From NCBI GenBank assembly GCA_963842525.1, contig CAWJGT010000009.1:320001-384000 (forward strand): a DNA stretch of 64,000 nucleotides, written 5' to 3'. The position numbers were made by a program, and so were the translations under genes. This document shows, one piece after another, positions 31,511 to 42,064 of this stretch (its first letter is position 1; each line of letters opens with the position of its first letter). The stretch comes from an uncultured Holophagales bacterium (GTDB lineage: Bacteria > Acidobacteriota > Thermoanaerobaculia > Multivoradales > UBA5704). The notes beneath the pieces were generated by a model that worked only from the letters and a program-made list of their open reading frames with translations, searched no databases and was not told where the DNA came from.

Positions 31511-34104
31511 TCCCTCGCGGCCGTCATCTCCGCGAGACGGGGACGCAACGGGTCGAACCAGGGGAAGGCGAACCAGCGCGGGTCGAAGCCGCGGTCCAGG
31601 GCCCGTTGGGCATTCCACAGGGCCGAGACACGGTCGCCCACGAGAGCGAAGACCAGAGAGGCCTCGTAGGCCTTGAGAGGGTTTTCCGGATCGAGGCGCA
31701 GGGCCTCCTGTGCGGCGGCCACGGCTTCCGGGCCCCGACCGAGATGAGCCAGGGCTTGAGCGCGGAGGGTCAGGAGCTTGCCGGGCTGGGGATCGCGGTT
31801 GATCTGCTCCAGTAGTTGCCGGTAGAGCGCCGACGCCTCCTCCCGGCGGCCGGTCAGCAGCTCGGCGTCGGCCAGGTTGAGCGTTGCGAAGGGCGAGCCC
31901 GGCTCCAGCTTCAGCGCCTGCCGGAAGCGGTGCGCCGCGTCGGCGTACCGGCCGGTGAGCAGCAACGCGGTCCCCAGGTTGGTCAGCTCCGTGCTCTCCG
32001 GGGAGCGCTTCACCAGCTTCTCGTAGAGCGCCGCGGCGCGCTCCGGATCGCCGCTCGCGAGCTCGAGCTGAGCGAGTTGCGAGAGGCCGTCGAAATTTTG
32101 AGGCTCGATGGCGAGCGCTGCCTCTAACGCCTGACGTGCCCCCGCGGCATCGCCATGGCGGTAGAGCATGCTGCTCAGGTTGGAGTACGTGCTCGGGGCC
32201 GGCCGTTGGCGGACGACCTCGCGCATCAAGGCGAGGGCCTCCCGCCGCTGCCCCTTCTGTTCGAGGAACCAGGCCTGTTGTTGCAGGTTGCGGACGTTGC
32301 CGGGCTCGAGCCGTCGCAGCCGTTCGAGGGCCGCAGCGGCCTCGTCCATCCTGCCGGCCGCCCGCGCGACCTCGGCCTGCTGCGCGAGGGCCCGGGGATC
32401 CTCCGGCGCCACGGTGCGGGCGCGTTCCACCGCCTGGGTGGCGCGCTCCAGATCGGCGCGATTGCGCGTCTCCTCGAAGCGCTTGACCAGGGCGGAGGCC
32501 CTTTCCAGGGGCAGCTCCAGAAAGTGGGGAGACGTGCGTTCCAGCCTCTCCAGCGCGGCGACGAGCTCGTCGGTCGCAAAGCCCTGCTCGCGGCGAAGGA
32601 ACCGCCGTTTCAGGCGCAGATACGCCTCGTAGTCCTCGGCCCGCACCTCCAGGTCGCGGGCTCCCGGCCGCAGCCGGGCCTCGGGATAGGCGCCGCGCAG
32701 GTGCTCGATGACCGCGAAGCTCATTTCCAGGAGGCTGCCGGCGTCGGCGGTGAAGCCCTCGGTCCAGAGCAGATGCCCATCCGCGCCGCGGAGGCGGCGC
32801 AGCACCAGCCGGCAGCTTTGGGCGCCACACTCCAGACGCGAGGCAAGAACCTCGTCGGCCGCCAGGACGCGGGCGAGGGCCACCGGATCGGACGCCGCGG
32901 GGTCGCCGCTGCCGGGCTCCAGGGCGGCGACGCTGCGGAAGCGGAGCAGGCCCTGGAGGAGCGCTGTGCGCACCGCGCCGGCCGCCAGGTCGAGGTCCCT
33001 GCCTTGGTCCTGCCGGGCCACGACCACGGTCTGCGGAACCGCCACGTACAGCGTCTTTGGAGGGCTCTGAAGCCAGACCGCCACCGCCGCGAGCGTGCCC
33101 AGGGCTGCGACGCCAGCGGCAGCGCGCCCCGCGAGCTTGCCACGGTAGCGGCGGGACCCGGGCAGGATCGTCGGCGTGTCGCGCGGGGTGCGGAGCGGAC
33201 CGCCGTCGCGCGCCTCCCAGGCCGTGTCCTCGGCGGGAAGCGACCTCAGGATCTCGTCGAGCTCGACCAGGGCCTCTGCGGCGCTGTCGGGACGCTTCCG
33301 CGGATCCTTTTCGAGCAGCCGGCCGATGAACCCCGACAGGGCCTCGGGCACGGCCGGATGGACGGACATCACCGGCGGAGGGTCCCAGGTGCAGATGCGG
33401 TGCAGGATCTCCGCAGCGGAGTCGCCGCGGAACGGCGAGTCGCCCGCCGTCATCTCGTAGAGCAGGCTGCCGAGGGCAAAGAGGTCGCTCCGCGGCCCCA
33501 CCTCGCGGCCGCGGACCTGCTCCGGAGACATCGCGGAGAGCGTGCCGACCAGCCTGCCGTCGGTCGAGATCCGGGTCTCGCTGGCCTCAGGGGCGACCCG
33601 ACGGGCCAGGCCGAAGTCGAGGATCTTGGCCTGTTCGACCTTGCCAGGCGAGCTGTCGGCCGTGACCATGACGTTCTCGGCCTTGAGGTCGCGGTGGACG
33701 ATGCCCGCGGCATGGGCCACGGCGAGCCCAACGAGGACGTCGCGGGCGAGGCGCGCTGCACGGCCGGGCGCCAGCGGGCCTTCGTGCAGCAGGTGGCGCA
33801 GCGACCGGCCCTCGACGAGCTCCATGACGATCCAGTCGCCGTCGCCGGACTCGACCCAGTCGAAGATCTGGACGATCGCCGGGTGGTGGAGCCGGGCGAC
33901 GGCCCGCGCCTCGCGCTGAAAGCGCTTGCGGGCTGTGCTGCCCTCTTCCTGCCCGGGCCAGATCCGCTTCAGGGCCACCGGGCGGTCGAGGCGCTCGTCG
34001 AAGCCCGCGTAGACCTCTCCCATCCCGCCGCGGCCGAGGCGGCGGTCGATACGGTACGGCCCGACCGGGCCGGTGCCGGCTCCAGGGGGGAGTGCAGAGG
34101 CCAA
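31501..34104 (-). CDS. Hanks-type Ser/Thr kinase with TM segment and TPR repeats
   Basis: LGRGGMGEVY, VALK, HRDLKAEN, DFGLA, SPEQ; C-terminal TPRs. Confidence 0.95.
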   Translation of the reverse strand: MASALPPGAGTGPVGPYRIDRRLGRGGMGEVYAGFDERLDRPVALKRIWPGQEEGSTARKRFQREARAVARLHHPAIVQIFDWVESGDGDWIVMELVEGRSLRHLLHEGPLAPGRAARLARDVLVGLAVAHAAGIVHRDLKAENVMVTADSSPGKVEQAKILDFGLARRVAPEASETRISTDGRLVGTLSAMSPEQVRGREVGPRSDLFALGSLLYEMTAGDSPFRGDSAAEILHRICTWDPPPVMSVHPAVPEALSGFIGRLLEKDPRKRPDSAAEALVELDEILRSLPAEDTAWEARDGGPLRTPRDTPTILPGSRRYRGKLAGRAAAGVAALGTLAAVAVWLQSPPKTLYVAVPQTVVVARQDQGRDLDLAAGAVRTALLQGLLRFRSVAALEPGSGDPAASDPVALARVLAADEVLASRLECGAQSCRLVLRRLRGADGHLLWTEGFTADAGSLLEMSFAVIEHLRGAYPEARLRPGARDLEVRAEDYEAYLRLKRRFLRREQGFATDELVAALERLERTSPHFLELPLERASALVKRFEETRNRADLERATQAVERARTVAPEDPRALAQQAEVARAAGRMDEAAAALERLRRLEPGNVRNLQQQAWFLEQKGQRREALALMREVVRQRPAPSTYSNLSSMLYRHGDAAGARQALEAALAIEPQNFDGLSQLAQLELASGDPERAAALYEKLVKRSPESTELTNLGTALLLTGRYADAAHRFRQALKLEPGSPFATLNLADAELLTGRREEASALYRQLLEQINRDPQPGKLLTLRAQALAHLGRGPEAVAAAQEALRLDPENPLKAYEASLVFALVGDRVSALWNAQRALDRGFDPRWFAFPWFDPLRPRLAEMTAARDHP

Positions 34105-34123
34105 GGCGTCGTCCTCGCGCCGG

Positions 34124-34820
34124 TCAGGTGCCGGGCTCCACCGGGCAGTAGAGATCCCGCCGCCGTTCCAGGTCCTCGACCACGGCGCGCTTGAAGCCGC
34201 GTGGACCGCCCTCGGCCATGCGGGCTTCGCGGTAGGCGGCGATGTCCAGCACCTCCAGCCGCATGCGGATCTTCTTGAAGAGGCGCGGAAAGCGCTCTCC
34301 CGGGACCTGGACGTGGTGCAGGCCGCCGCTGTAGGCGAGCAGCATCCTCCCTTCGCCGATCGTCTCCAGGATGTCGGCGATGCCGCCGCGCACCGTCATC
34401 GGCTTGCCGTCGGCGTCGAGCCCGGTGGCGCGCTTCATCCGCCCTTCGGGGAGGATGAGGACCATGGCGTCGGGATCGATCTGGCGCAGCACCTCGCGCC
34501 AGGACTCGTCGCGCTCGCGGGTGATCGAGATCACCCGCTTCGCCACCAGGCCGTAGAACCGGCCCACCACGGGACGGCCGGCGGTCTTCTGCGCGATCGG
34601 CACCACGCCGTGGCGGGCGAGCCGCCAGAGGAAGGAGATCGGGCGGGCCGCCGGCGAACAGCGCCTCGTAGAGGCTCGTGTGGTTGAGGATGGCAACCAC
34701 GCGGTGACCCCGCCAGGGGTGCGGCGGGACGTCGCCGATGAATTTCATGTCGATCCGGTAGAAGGTCCGCGCCAGCACCTTCACCACGACCAGGAAGAGG
34801 AAGACCAGATAGTCGCGCAC
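34124..34820 (-). CDS. Lysophospholipid acyltransferase family (frameshift near 34640)
   Basis: NHTSLYE and LPEGRM motifs. Confidence 0.75.
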
Positions 34821-34855
34821 GCGGGGGGATTCTAACCTGATAGGCTGATGCACGA

Positions 34856-35737
34856 ATGGCACCGACCGGCCCCCAGCCGCCCGTCTCGGCGATCATCACC
34901 ACCTTCAACGAGGAGCAGCACATCGCCGGGTGTATCGAGTCGCTCCTCTGGTGCGACGAGATCCTGGTCGTCGACTCCTTCTCGACCGACCGCACGGCGG
35001 AGATCGCGCAGGGCTACGAGAAGGTCCGCTTCGTCCAGCGCACCTACTTCGGGTCGGCGTCGCAGAAGAACTGGGCCATGACCCAGGTCGAGCACGACTG
35101 GATCCTGATCTTCGACGCCGACGAGCGGTGCACCCCGGCCTTGCAGAGAGAGATCCAGAGCCTCCTTGCCGGGAATCCCACCCACGAGGCCTACACCATC
35201 AAGCGCCGCGTCTGGTTCCTGGGCAAGGTGATCCGCTTCTCCGGCTGGCAGCACGACCGCGTGGTCCGCCTGGTCCGCAAGGGATCGGCCCACTACCCCA
35301 ACCGCCGGGTCCACGCCGACATGATCACCCGCGGGCCGGCCCCGATCCTGAAGAGCCCCATGGAGCACTACATGACGGACTCGTTCGACGAGTACGTCCG
35401 GCGGATCGAGAAGTACAGCTTCTGGGGCGCGGCGCAGAACTGGAAGGAGCGCAAGCGGTCGGGCTTCGTCGAGGTCTTCGGCCGCTCGGGCTGGCGCTTC
35501 CTGCGTACCTACATCTTCCAGCTCGGCATCCTCGACGGCATGCACGGCCTGGTCTTCTGCATGCTCCAGGCGTACGGCACCTACCTCAAGTGGTCGCTCC
35601 TCTGGGGCTGGCACGTCAACGCCGCCCAGGGGCGCCAGCCGGTCCTGCCGATCTTCGACGACGACGAGAGCACCTGGCGCGGCCTGGAAGACGAGAACGC
35701 CGCCGGTGCCGAGCCGCACACCGACGCTCCGGCGTAA
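34856..35737 (+). CDS. Glycosyltransferase family 2
   Basis: FNEE, VVDSFSTDRT, FDADE. Confidence 0.93.
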   Translation: MAPTGPQPPVSAIITTFNEEQHIAGCIESLLWCDEILVVDSFSTDRTAEIAQGYEKVRFVQRTYFGSASQKNWAMTQVEHDWILIFDADERCTPALQREIQSLLAGNPTHEAYTIKRRVWFLGKVIRFSGWQHDRVVRLVRKGSAHYPNRRVHADMITRGPAPILKSPMEHYMTDSFDEYVRRIEKYSFWGAAQNWKERKRSGFVEVFGRSGWRFLRTYIFQLGILDGMHGLVFCMLQAYGTYLKWSLLWGWHVNAAQGRQPVLPIFDDDESTWRGLEDENAAGAEPHTDAPA

Positions 35738-35828
35738 AGCGCTCCTGTAACCTTTCCTGCCCTTCCGGCGTAAGCACGGTTGACAGGGGAACCTGCATCC
35801 GCCTTTCTCCGTCTTATCCGCAGGAGGG

Positions 35829-38288
35829 ATGAGCCTCATGAGCGCAGTCACGCGAGATCTCCGGTTCGGGCTCCGCCTGCTGTTCAAGAACCCCGGGCAC
35901 ACCATCGCGGCGATCCTCGCCCTGGCCTTGGGCATCGGGTTGTCGACCGCGATGTTCAGCATCGTCTATGGAGCGATCTTCCGCGGGCTCCCCTTCGAGG
36001 AGCCCGAACGGATCATGCACCTGGAGACGGCGAATCCTTCCCGCGACGAGCCCAGCCGCGAGGTCTTCCTGCACGACTTCCTCGACTGGCAACGGCGCCA
36101 GTCTTCCTTGGAGAGCCTGACCGGGTACTACACGGGCACGCTCAACCTGAGCAGTGCCGGGCAAGGGGGGGAGAAGCCCGAGCGCTTCGACGGCGGGTTC
36201 GTCTCCAGCGGCTTGCTGCGCGCCCTGCGCGTGCAGCCGGTCCTGGGCCGGGGCCTCCAGCCCGCTGACGACTCGCCCAATGCCGAGCCGGTGGCCCTGC
36301 TGAGCTGGGGCGTCTGGAAGGCCCGCTACGGCGGAGGTCCAGAGGTCGTGGGGCGGCCGGTGCGCATCAACGGCGTGGCGGGCACGATCATCGGCGTGAT
36401 GCCGCAGGGCTTCGCCTTCCCCGAGGCGGAGCAGGTGTGGACCAACCTGCGGCTGGATCCGCTGCGCATCGAGCGTGGAGAAGGAGAGACCCTGGAGGTC
36501 CTCGGCCGCCTGAAGCCGGGCGTGACGATCGAGCAGGCCCGGGCGGAGATGCAGACGATCGCCAAAGGGCTTGCCGCCGCGCACCCGAAGACCAACGAGG
36601 GGCTGGAGGCGCGCGTCAAGCCGCTCATGGACGAGTTCATGGAGGGACCGATCCGCGGCCTCCTCCTGACCATGCTCGGCGCCTGTCTCTTCGTCCTCCT
36701 GATCGCGTGCACCAACGTGGCGAGCCTGCTCATGGCCCGCGCCTCGCGCCGCACCCGCGAGCTGGCCATCCGCTCGACCCTGGGGGCGCCGCGCGGGCGG
36801 CTCGTCGGCCAGCTCCTGCTCGAGAGCCTGCTGCTCTCCTTCGCCGGCGCGGTCCCGGGCGTGCTCCTCGCCGCCTGGGGCGTACAGCTCTTCAACAACT
36901 CGATCGCGGAGCGCAATCCGCCATTCTGGATCCATATCGCCATCGATCCCGTGGCGCTGGCCTTCGCCTTCGGGACGGCGCTCCTGGCGGCCCTCGTCTC
37001 GGGGCTGATGCCGGCGCTCCAGGCCTCGCGGCCGGACGTCACGGACGTGCTCAAGGACGAGGGGCGCGGCAGCTCCGGCCTGCGCCCCGGGCGGATGAGC
37101 CGCCTGGTGGTCATCTTCGAGGTGGCCCTCTCCTGCCTGCTGCTGATCGGCGCCGGGCTGATGGTCAGGAGCATCGTCAAGCTGCGCACCCTGGACCTGG
37201 GCTTCGAGGAGAAGGGGATCCTCACGGCGCGCATCGCCCTGTTCGAGAGCGTCTACCCGGAGGAAAAGGACCGCGTCCGGTTCTTCGACCAGCTCATGGA
37301 CCGGCTGCGCGCGCATCCCGGGACCGTGACGGCGACCGCGAGCACCCTGTTGCCGGGCAACAACGGTGGCCTGACCCGTTTCGAGGTCGCCGGCCGCGCC
37401 TACGCCACCGAGCAGGAACAGCCGCTCACCTGGTTCGGCAGCGTCTCCGAGGACTGGTTCGAGACTTTCCGCATCCCCTTGCGGCGGGGGCGCGACTTCA
37501 ACCGGCTCGACACGCCCGACAGCCTGCCCGTGGCGATCGTCAACGAGAGCTTCGCCAGGACGGCCTGGCCGGGGGAGGACCCGCTCGGCCGGCAGATCCG
37601 CCTGTCCGGCCCGGACGCGGAGGGAGAAAAGTGGCGCACCGTGGTCGGGGTCGTGGCAGACAGCCAGATCGCCAGCTCGGAGGAGAGCGAGGAGTTCGAG
37701 CGGAAGGAGGGCCTCTACCTCCCGCTCGCCCAGGGCTGTCCCGGCTTCGTGAGCGTCGCGATCCGCACCCGGCAGGAGGCGGACCCGGCCGCCTTCACCG
37801 GGACGCTGCGCCAGGCGATCGCCACGATCGATCCGGACCTGCCCATCTATTGGCCCTATACGATGGAGGAGGTCCTGGTGCGGAGCCGCTTCTTCTCCAC
37901 CCTGTTCGGCACGCTTTTCGCCATCTTCGGCCTGAGCGCCCTGGTCCTGGCCTCGGTGGGCATCTACGGAGTGATCGCCTTCTCGGTGCAGCAGCGGACG
38001 CAGGAGATCGGCATCCGCATGGCGCTCGGCGCGCGGCGGCAGACCGTGCTCGGGCTGATCCTGCGGCAGGGGATGTGGCAGCTCGGCGTCGGCCTCGTCC
38101 TCGGCCTGCTCGGCGCCTGGCCGGTGTCGAAGCTGCTGGCGAACGTCCTGGTGGGCGTGAAACCGAACGATCCGGCGACCTTCGCCCTGGTGTCGTTCGT
38201 GCTCGCGCTGGTCGCCTTCGTGGCCTGCTGGCTGCCGGCCCATCGAGCCTCGGAGACCGATCCGCTGGTGGCGATCCGATACGATTGA
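35829..38288 (+). CDS. ADOP-type (MacB/FtsX duplicated) orphan ABC permease
   Basis: DLRFGLRLL, LLIACTNVASL, RELAIR, QRTQEIGIRMALGA, DPLVAIRYD. Confidence 0.93.
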   Translation: MSLMSAVTRDLRFGLRLLFKNPGHTIAAILALALGIGLSTAMFSIVYGAIFRGLPFEEPERIMHLETANPSRDEPSREVFLHDFLDWQRRQSSLESLTGYYTGTLNLSSAGQGGEKPERFDGGFVSSGLLRALRVQPVLGRGLQPADDSPNAEPVALLSWGVWKARYGGGPEVVGRPVRINGVAGTIIGVMPQGFAFPEAEQVWTNLRLDPLRIERGEGETLEVLGRLKPGVTIEQARAEMQTIAKGLAAAHPKTNEGLEARVKPLMDEFMEGPIRGLLLTMLGACLFVLLIACTNVASLLMARASRRTRELAIRSTLGAPRGRLVGQLLLESLLLSFAGAVPGVLLAAWGVQLFNNSIAERNPPFWIHIAIDPVALAFAFGTALLAALVSGLMPALQASRPDVTDVLKDEGRGSSGLRPGRMSRLVVIFEVALSCLLLIGAGLMVRSIVKLRTLDLGFEEKGILTARIALFESVYPEEKDRVRFFDQLMDRLRAHPGTVTATASTLLPGNNGGLTRFEVAGRAYATEQEQPLTWFGSVSEDWFETFRIPLRRGRDFNRLDTPDSLPVAIVNESFARTAWPGEDPLGRQIRLSGPDAEGEKWRTVVGVVADSQIASSEESEEFERKEGLYLPLAQGCPGFVSVAIRTRQEADPAAFTGTLRQAIATIDPDLPIYWPYTMEEVLVRSRFFSTLFGTLFAIFGLSALVLASVGIYGVIAFSVQQRTQEIGIRMALGARRQTVLGLILRQGMWQLGVGLVLGLLGAWPVSKLLANVLVGVKPNDPATFALVSFVLALVAFVACWLPAHRASETDPLVAIRYD

Positions 38289-38351
38289 CCTCGTCCTGGA
38301 CGGCTACGTCTCGCCCTCCGTAGTATCCAGAGACTGCGGAGGGACGATCCC

Positions 38352-40814
38352 ATGACCATGATCGCGCGTGACGTTCGGTTCGGGCTGCGCCTGCTGGGGA
38401 AGAGCCCCGGCCACACCCTGGCGGCTGTGGTGGCCCTGACGCTGGGCATCGGGCTGTCGACCGCGATGTTCAGCGTCGTCTACGGCCTCATTTTCCGCGG
38501 GCTGCCGTTGGACGAGCCCGAGCGAATCCTCTACCTGGAGACCGCCCGTCCCTCCAAGGACCAGCCCAGCCTGGCGGTCCCTCTCCGCGACTTTCTCGAC
38601 TGGCGCCGCCGCCAGACCTCCTTCGAAGAGCTGGCCGCCTACTATCCGGGGACGATCATCCTGACCGGCGCAGGAGAGAAGGGCGAGAGGCCGGCCGAGC
38701 GCTTCGACGGCGCGTTCGTCAGCAGCGGGCTCCTGCCCGTGCTCCGGGTCCGGCCGCTCCTGGGCCGCGGCATCCAGCCGGGCGACGAAGCGCCGGGCGC
38801 CGCGCCGGTGGTCGTGCTCGGCTGGGGCGTCTGGAGGAGCCGCTACGGGGGCGACCCCCATGTGGTCGGCCGGACGGTCCGGATCAACGGCACGCCGGGC
38901 ACGATCGCCGGCGTCATGCCCCAGGGCTTCTCGTTCCCCATGCTGGAGCAGGCGTGGACCAACTTTCCCCTGGATCCGTTACGGGGCAGCCGTGGCTACC
39001 GCGAAACCGTGGCGGTGATCGGCCGCCTGAAACCGGAGGCCACCCGCGCGGCGGCGCGGGCCGAGATGGAAGGGATCGCCCGCGCGCTCGCCGCCGAGCG
39101 GCCGGACACCAACGAAGGGCTGGACGCCATCGTCAAGCCGCTCGGCGACGAATACGTGCCGCGGTCGATCCGCATGATGCTCTACGTCATGCTGGCGTGC
39201 TGCCTCTTCGTCCTCCTCATCGCCTGCACCAACGTGGCGAGCCTGTTGATGGCGCGAGCCTCACGCCGCACCCGCGAGCTCGCCGTCCGTTCGGCCCTGG
39301 GGGCGCAGCGCAGGACCCTGGTGCGCCAGCTCCTGCTCGAGAGCCTGCTGCTCTCGCTGCTGGGCGCCGTCCCGGGGGTCCTCCTGGCCGGCTGGGCCCT
39401 GGACTTCCTCAATGCAGCCATCGGCCTGATGAACCCGCCCTACTGGGTGCGGATCGCGCTCGACCCCGCCTCGCTGGTGTTCGCTCTGGGCCTGACCCTG
39501 CTGGCCGCCCTCGTGGCGGGGCTGATGCCGGCGCTCCAGGCCTCCCGGCCGGACATTACCGATGTGCTCAAGGACGAAGGGCGCGGCGGCCCGGCCCTGA
39601 TCCTCGGCCGGCTCAGCCGGTTTGTGGTCGTCGGCGAGCTGACGCTCTCGTGCCTGCTGCTGGTCTTCACGGGATTGATGGTCAAGAGCGTCATCAAGCT
39701 GCGGACGGTGGAGCTCGGCTTCGACCAGAAGGACGTGCTGACCGCCCGGGTCCCCTTCTTCGAGACTTCCTACCCCGAGGAGGCGGACCGCATTGCCTTC
39801 GTCGACCAGCTCGTGGCGCGGCTGCACGGGCACCCCGGAGCCCAGGCCGCGGCCACGACGACCATGCTGCCCGGCAACGGCGGCCCCACGAGCCTCTATA
39901 CCGTGGCCGGCCGCTCCTATCCCCGTCCGGAGGACCGGCCGGTCACCTGGACGGCCAGCATCTCTCCCGGCTATTTCGACACCTTCCGCATCCCGCTGCG
40001 CCACGGCCGGGATTTCGGTCCTCTCGACAAGGCCGGCGGCCTCCCTGTCCTGATCGTCAGCGAGAGCTTTGCCCGCGCCGCTTGGCCTGGGCAGAACCCC
40101 CTCGGCCGGCAGGTGCGGCTGGTCGGCGAGGAGGATGAGAAGGGGGAGGAGGCGGAGGCGCAGCCCTGGCGCACCGTGGTGGGTGTGGCGGCGGACACCG
40201 AGATCTCTGTCGGGACCCGCCAGGCCCAGTGGACCGAGATGGTCTATCTGCCTCTGGCCCAGGGCTGTCCCCGCTTCGTGAGCCTGGCCATCAAGACCCG
40301 CCAGGGGAAGCCGGAGGCCTTCACCGAAAGCCTGCGCGCCGTGGTCGCGGGCCTCGACAGCGACATGGCCGCCTACCGGATCTCCAGCCTGGAGGAGCTG
40401 CTAGCGCGCAACCAATTCCACAGCAACCTGTTCGCGATCCTGTTCGCGATCTTCGGCCTGAGCGCGCTGCTGCTGGCCTCGGTGGGCATCTATGGAGTGA
40501 TCGCGTTTTCGGTGGAGCAGCGCACGCGGGAGATCGGCGTCCGCTTGGCGCTCGGGGCGCGCCGGGAGAGCGTGCTCGGCCTGATCCTGGGGCAAGGGAT
40601 GAGGCAGCTCGCGATCGGCCTCGGCCTCGGACTGCTCCTCGCCTGGCCGGCAGTGCGGGTGCTGCGGCGCTTCCTCTTCGGGGTGCAGCCGAACGACCCC
40701 GCCACCTTCGCCACGGTCGCGCTCGTCCTCACGTTCATCGCCTTTGCCGCCTGCTGGTTCCCGGCCCGGCGCGCGGCGGCGACCGATCCGCTGGTGGCAA
40801 TCCGGTACGATTGA
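38352..40814 (+). CDS. ADOP-type orphan ABC permease, tandem paralogue
   Basis: Same motifs, collinear with 35829..38288. Confidence 0.93.
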   Translation: MTMIARDVRFGLRLLGKSPGHTLAAVVALTLGIGLSTAMFSVVYGLIFRGLPLDEPERILYLETARPSKDQPSLAVPLRDFLDWRRRQTSFEELAAYYPGTIILTGAGEKGERPAERFDGAFVSSGLLPVLRVRPLLGRGIQPGDEAPGAAPVVVLGWGVWRSRYGGDPHVVGRTVRINGTPGTIAGVMPQGFSFPMLEQAWTNFPLDPLRGSRGYRETVAVIGRLKPEATRAAARAEMEGIARALAAERPDTNEGLDAIVKPLGDEYVPRSIRMMLYVMLACCLFVLLIACTNVASLLMARASRRTRELAVRSALGAQRRTLVRQLLLESLLLSLLGAVPGVLLAGWALDFLNAAIGLMNPPYWVRIALDPASLVFALGLTLLAALVAGLMPALQASRPDITDVLKDEGRGGPALILGRLSRFVVVGELTLSCLLLVFTGLMVKSVIKLRTVELGFDQKDVLTARVPFFETSYPEEADRIAFVDQLVARLHGHPGAQAAATTTMLPGNGGPTSLYTVAGRSYPRPEDRPVTWTASISPGYFDTFRIPLRHGRDFGPLDKAGGLPVLIVSESFARAAWPGQNPLGRQVRLVGEEDEKGEEAEAQPWRTVVGVAADTEISVGTRQAQWTEMVYLPLAQGCPRFVSLAIKTRQGKPEAFTESLRAVVAGLDSDMAAYRISSLEELLARNQFHSNLFAILFAIFGLSALLLASVGIYGVIAFSVEQRTREIGVRLALGARRESVLGLILGQGMRQLAIGLGLGLLLAWPAVRVLRRFLFGVQPNDPATFATVALVLTFIAFAACWFPARRAAATDPLVAIRYD

Positions 40815-40817
40815 AGC

Positions 40818-41987
40818 ATGACGCCTCCCGCACCAGCCCTCCTCTCCCTCTTGCGTCAGCGTCAGGGAGAGATGGTGGAGCTGCTGCGAGACCTGGCGCG
40901 GCTCGAAACCCCTTCCCTCGTCCCGGAGACTCAGGAGGCGGTCTTCGCGCGGCTCGCTGATGAGCTTTCCGGAGCCGGGCTGGTCGTGCGCCGCGTGCGC
41001 GGCCGGACGAGCGGCGGCCAGATCTGGGCCGCGTCGCCCAGGGCCGCGCGGAACGGTCAGAGCGCCCAGCTCCTCGTCGGCCACTGCGACACGGTCTGGC
41101 CGCTGGGGACTGTCGAGCGGATGCCGGTCGAGGTCCGCGACGGCCGGCTCGCCGGGCCTGGCGTCTTCGACATGAAAGGCGGGCTTGTGCAGGGGATCTT
41201 CGCCCTGCGCGCCATGGCCGAGCTGCGAATTGAGCCGCCGCTCGCGCCGGTCGTCTTCGTCAGCTCGGACGAGGAGATCGGCAGCGCCGACTCCATGCCG
41301 CTCCTCCTGCGGCTGGCCCGCCGCGCCCGCCGGGTCTACGTCCTGGAGCCGGCGCTCGGGCCTGCGGGGAAGCTCAAGACCCGCCGCAAGGGCTCGCTCC
41401 GCTTCACGATCCGGGTCCACGGGCGGGCGGCCCATTCAGGGCTCGATCCGGAGAAGGGAGCGAGCGCTGTCCTGGAGCTCGCTCACGTCATCCGCAGCCT
41501 GTACGACCTGGCAGATCCGGAACGCGGCGTGAGCATCAACGTCGGGGTGGTCTCCGGAGGCATCCGCCGCAACGTGGTGGCGCCTGCGGCGCAGGCCGAG
41601 GTCGATGTCCGGGTGCTGCGCATGGAAGATGCCCGGGAGATTGAGCGGGCCATCCGATCGCTCCAGCCGCGGACGCCGGGAACGAGCCTGGAGGTCGAAG
41701 GCGGGCTCGACCGGCCGCCGCTCGAAGCCACGCCGGGCAATCGTCTGCTCTGGCAGGCGGCCGAGCGCTGCGCCCGGGAGCTGGGCGTCGAGCTGGGGGA
41801 GGGCACGGCCGGCGGCGCTTCCGACGGCAGCTTCACCAGCCAGATCGTCCCCACCCTGGACGGCCTCGGCGCGGTCGGCGACGGTGCCCATGCCGATCAC
41901 GAGCACGTGCTGGTCGACCGTATGCCCGAGCGCGCGGCCCTGTTGGCACTGCTGTTGCTGGAGCCTCACGTGCCTGGTGTATTGTGA
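40818..41987 (+). CDS. M20-family metallopeptidase (carboxypeptidase G2-like)
   Basis: GHCDTVW, DMKGG, DEEIGS, GGASDG, GDGAHADHE. Confidence 0.93.
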   Translation: MTPPAPALLSLLRQRQGEMVELLRDLARLETPSLVPETQEAVFARLADELSGAGLVVRRVRGRTSGGQIWAASPRAARNGQSAQLLVGHCDTVWPLGTVERMPVEVRDGRLAGPGVFDMKGGLVQGIFALRAMAELRIEPPLAPVVFVSSDEEIGSADSMPLLLRLARRARRVYVLEPALGPAGKLKTRRKGSLRFTIRVHGRAAHSGLDPEKGASAVLELAHVIRSLYDLADPERGVSINVGVVSGGIRRNVVAPAAQAEVDVRVLRMEDAREIERAIRSLQPRTPGTSLEVEGGLDRPPLEATPGNRLLWQAAERCARELGVELGEGTAGGASDGSFTSQIVPTLDGLGAVGDGAHADHEHVLVDRMPERAALLALLLLEPHVPGVL

Positions 41988-42064
41988 CGGTGAGGATCGT
42001 ATAAAGGGAATGCATCCCCGCGGCCAGGGGGGCCGCGGTGCACCGGGTGGAAGGAGACAGTCGG

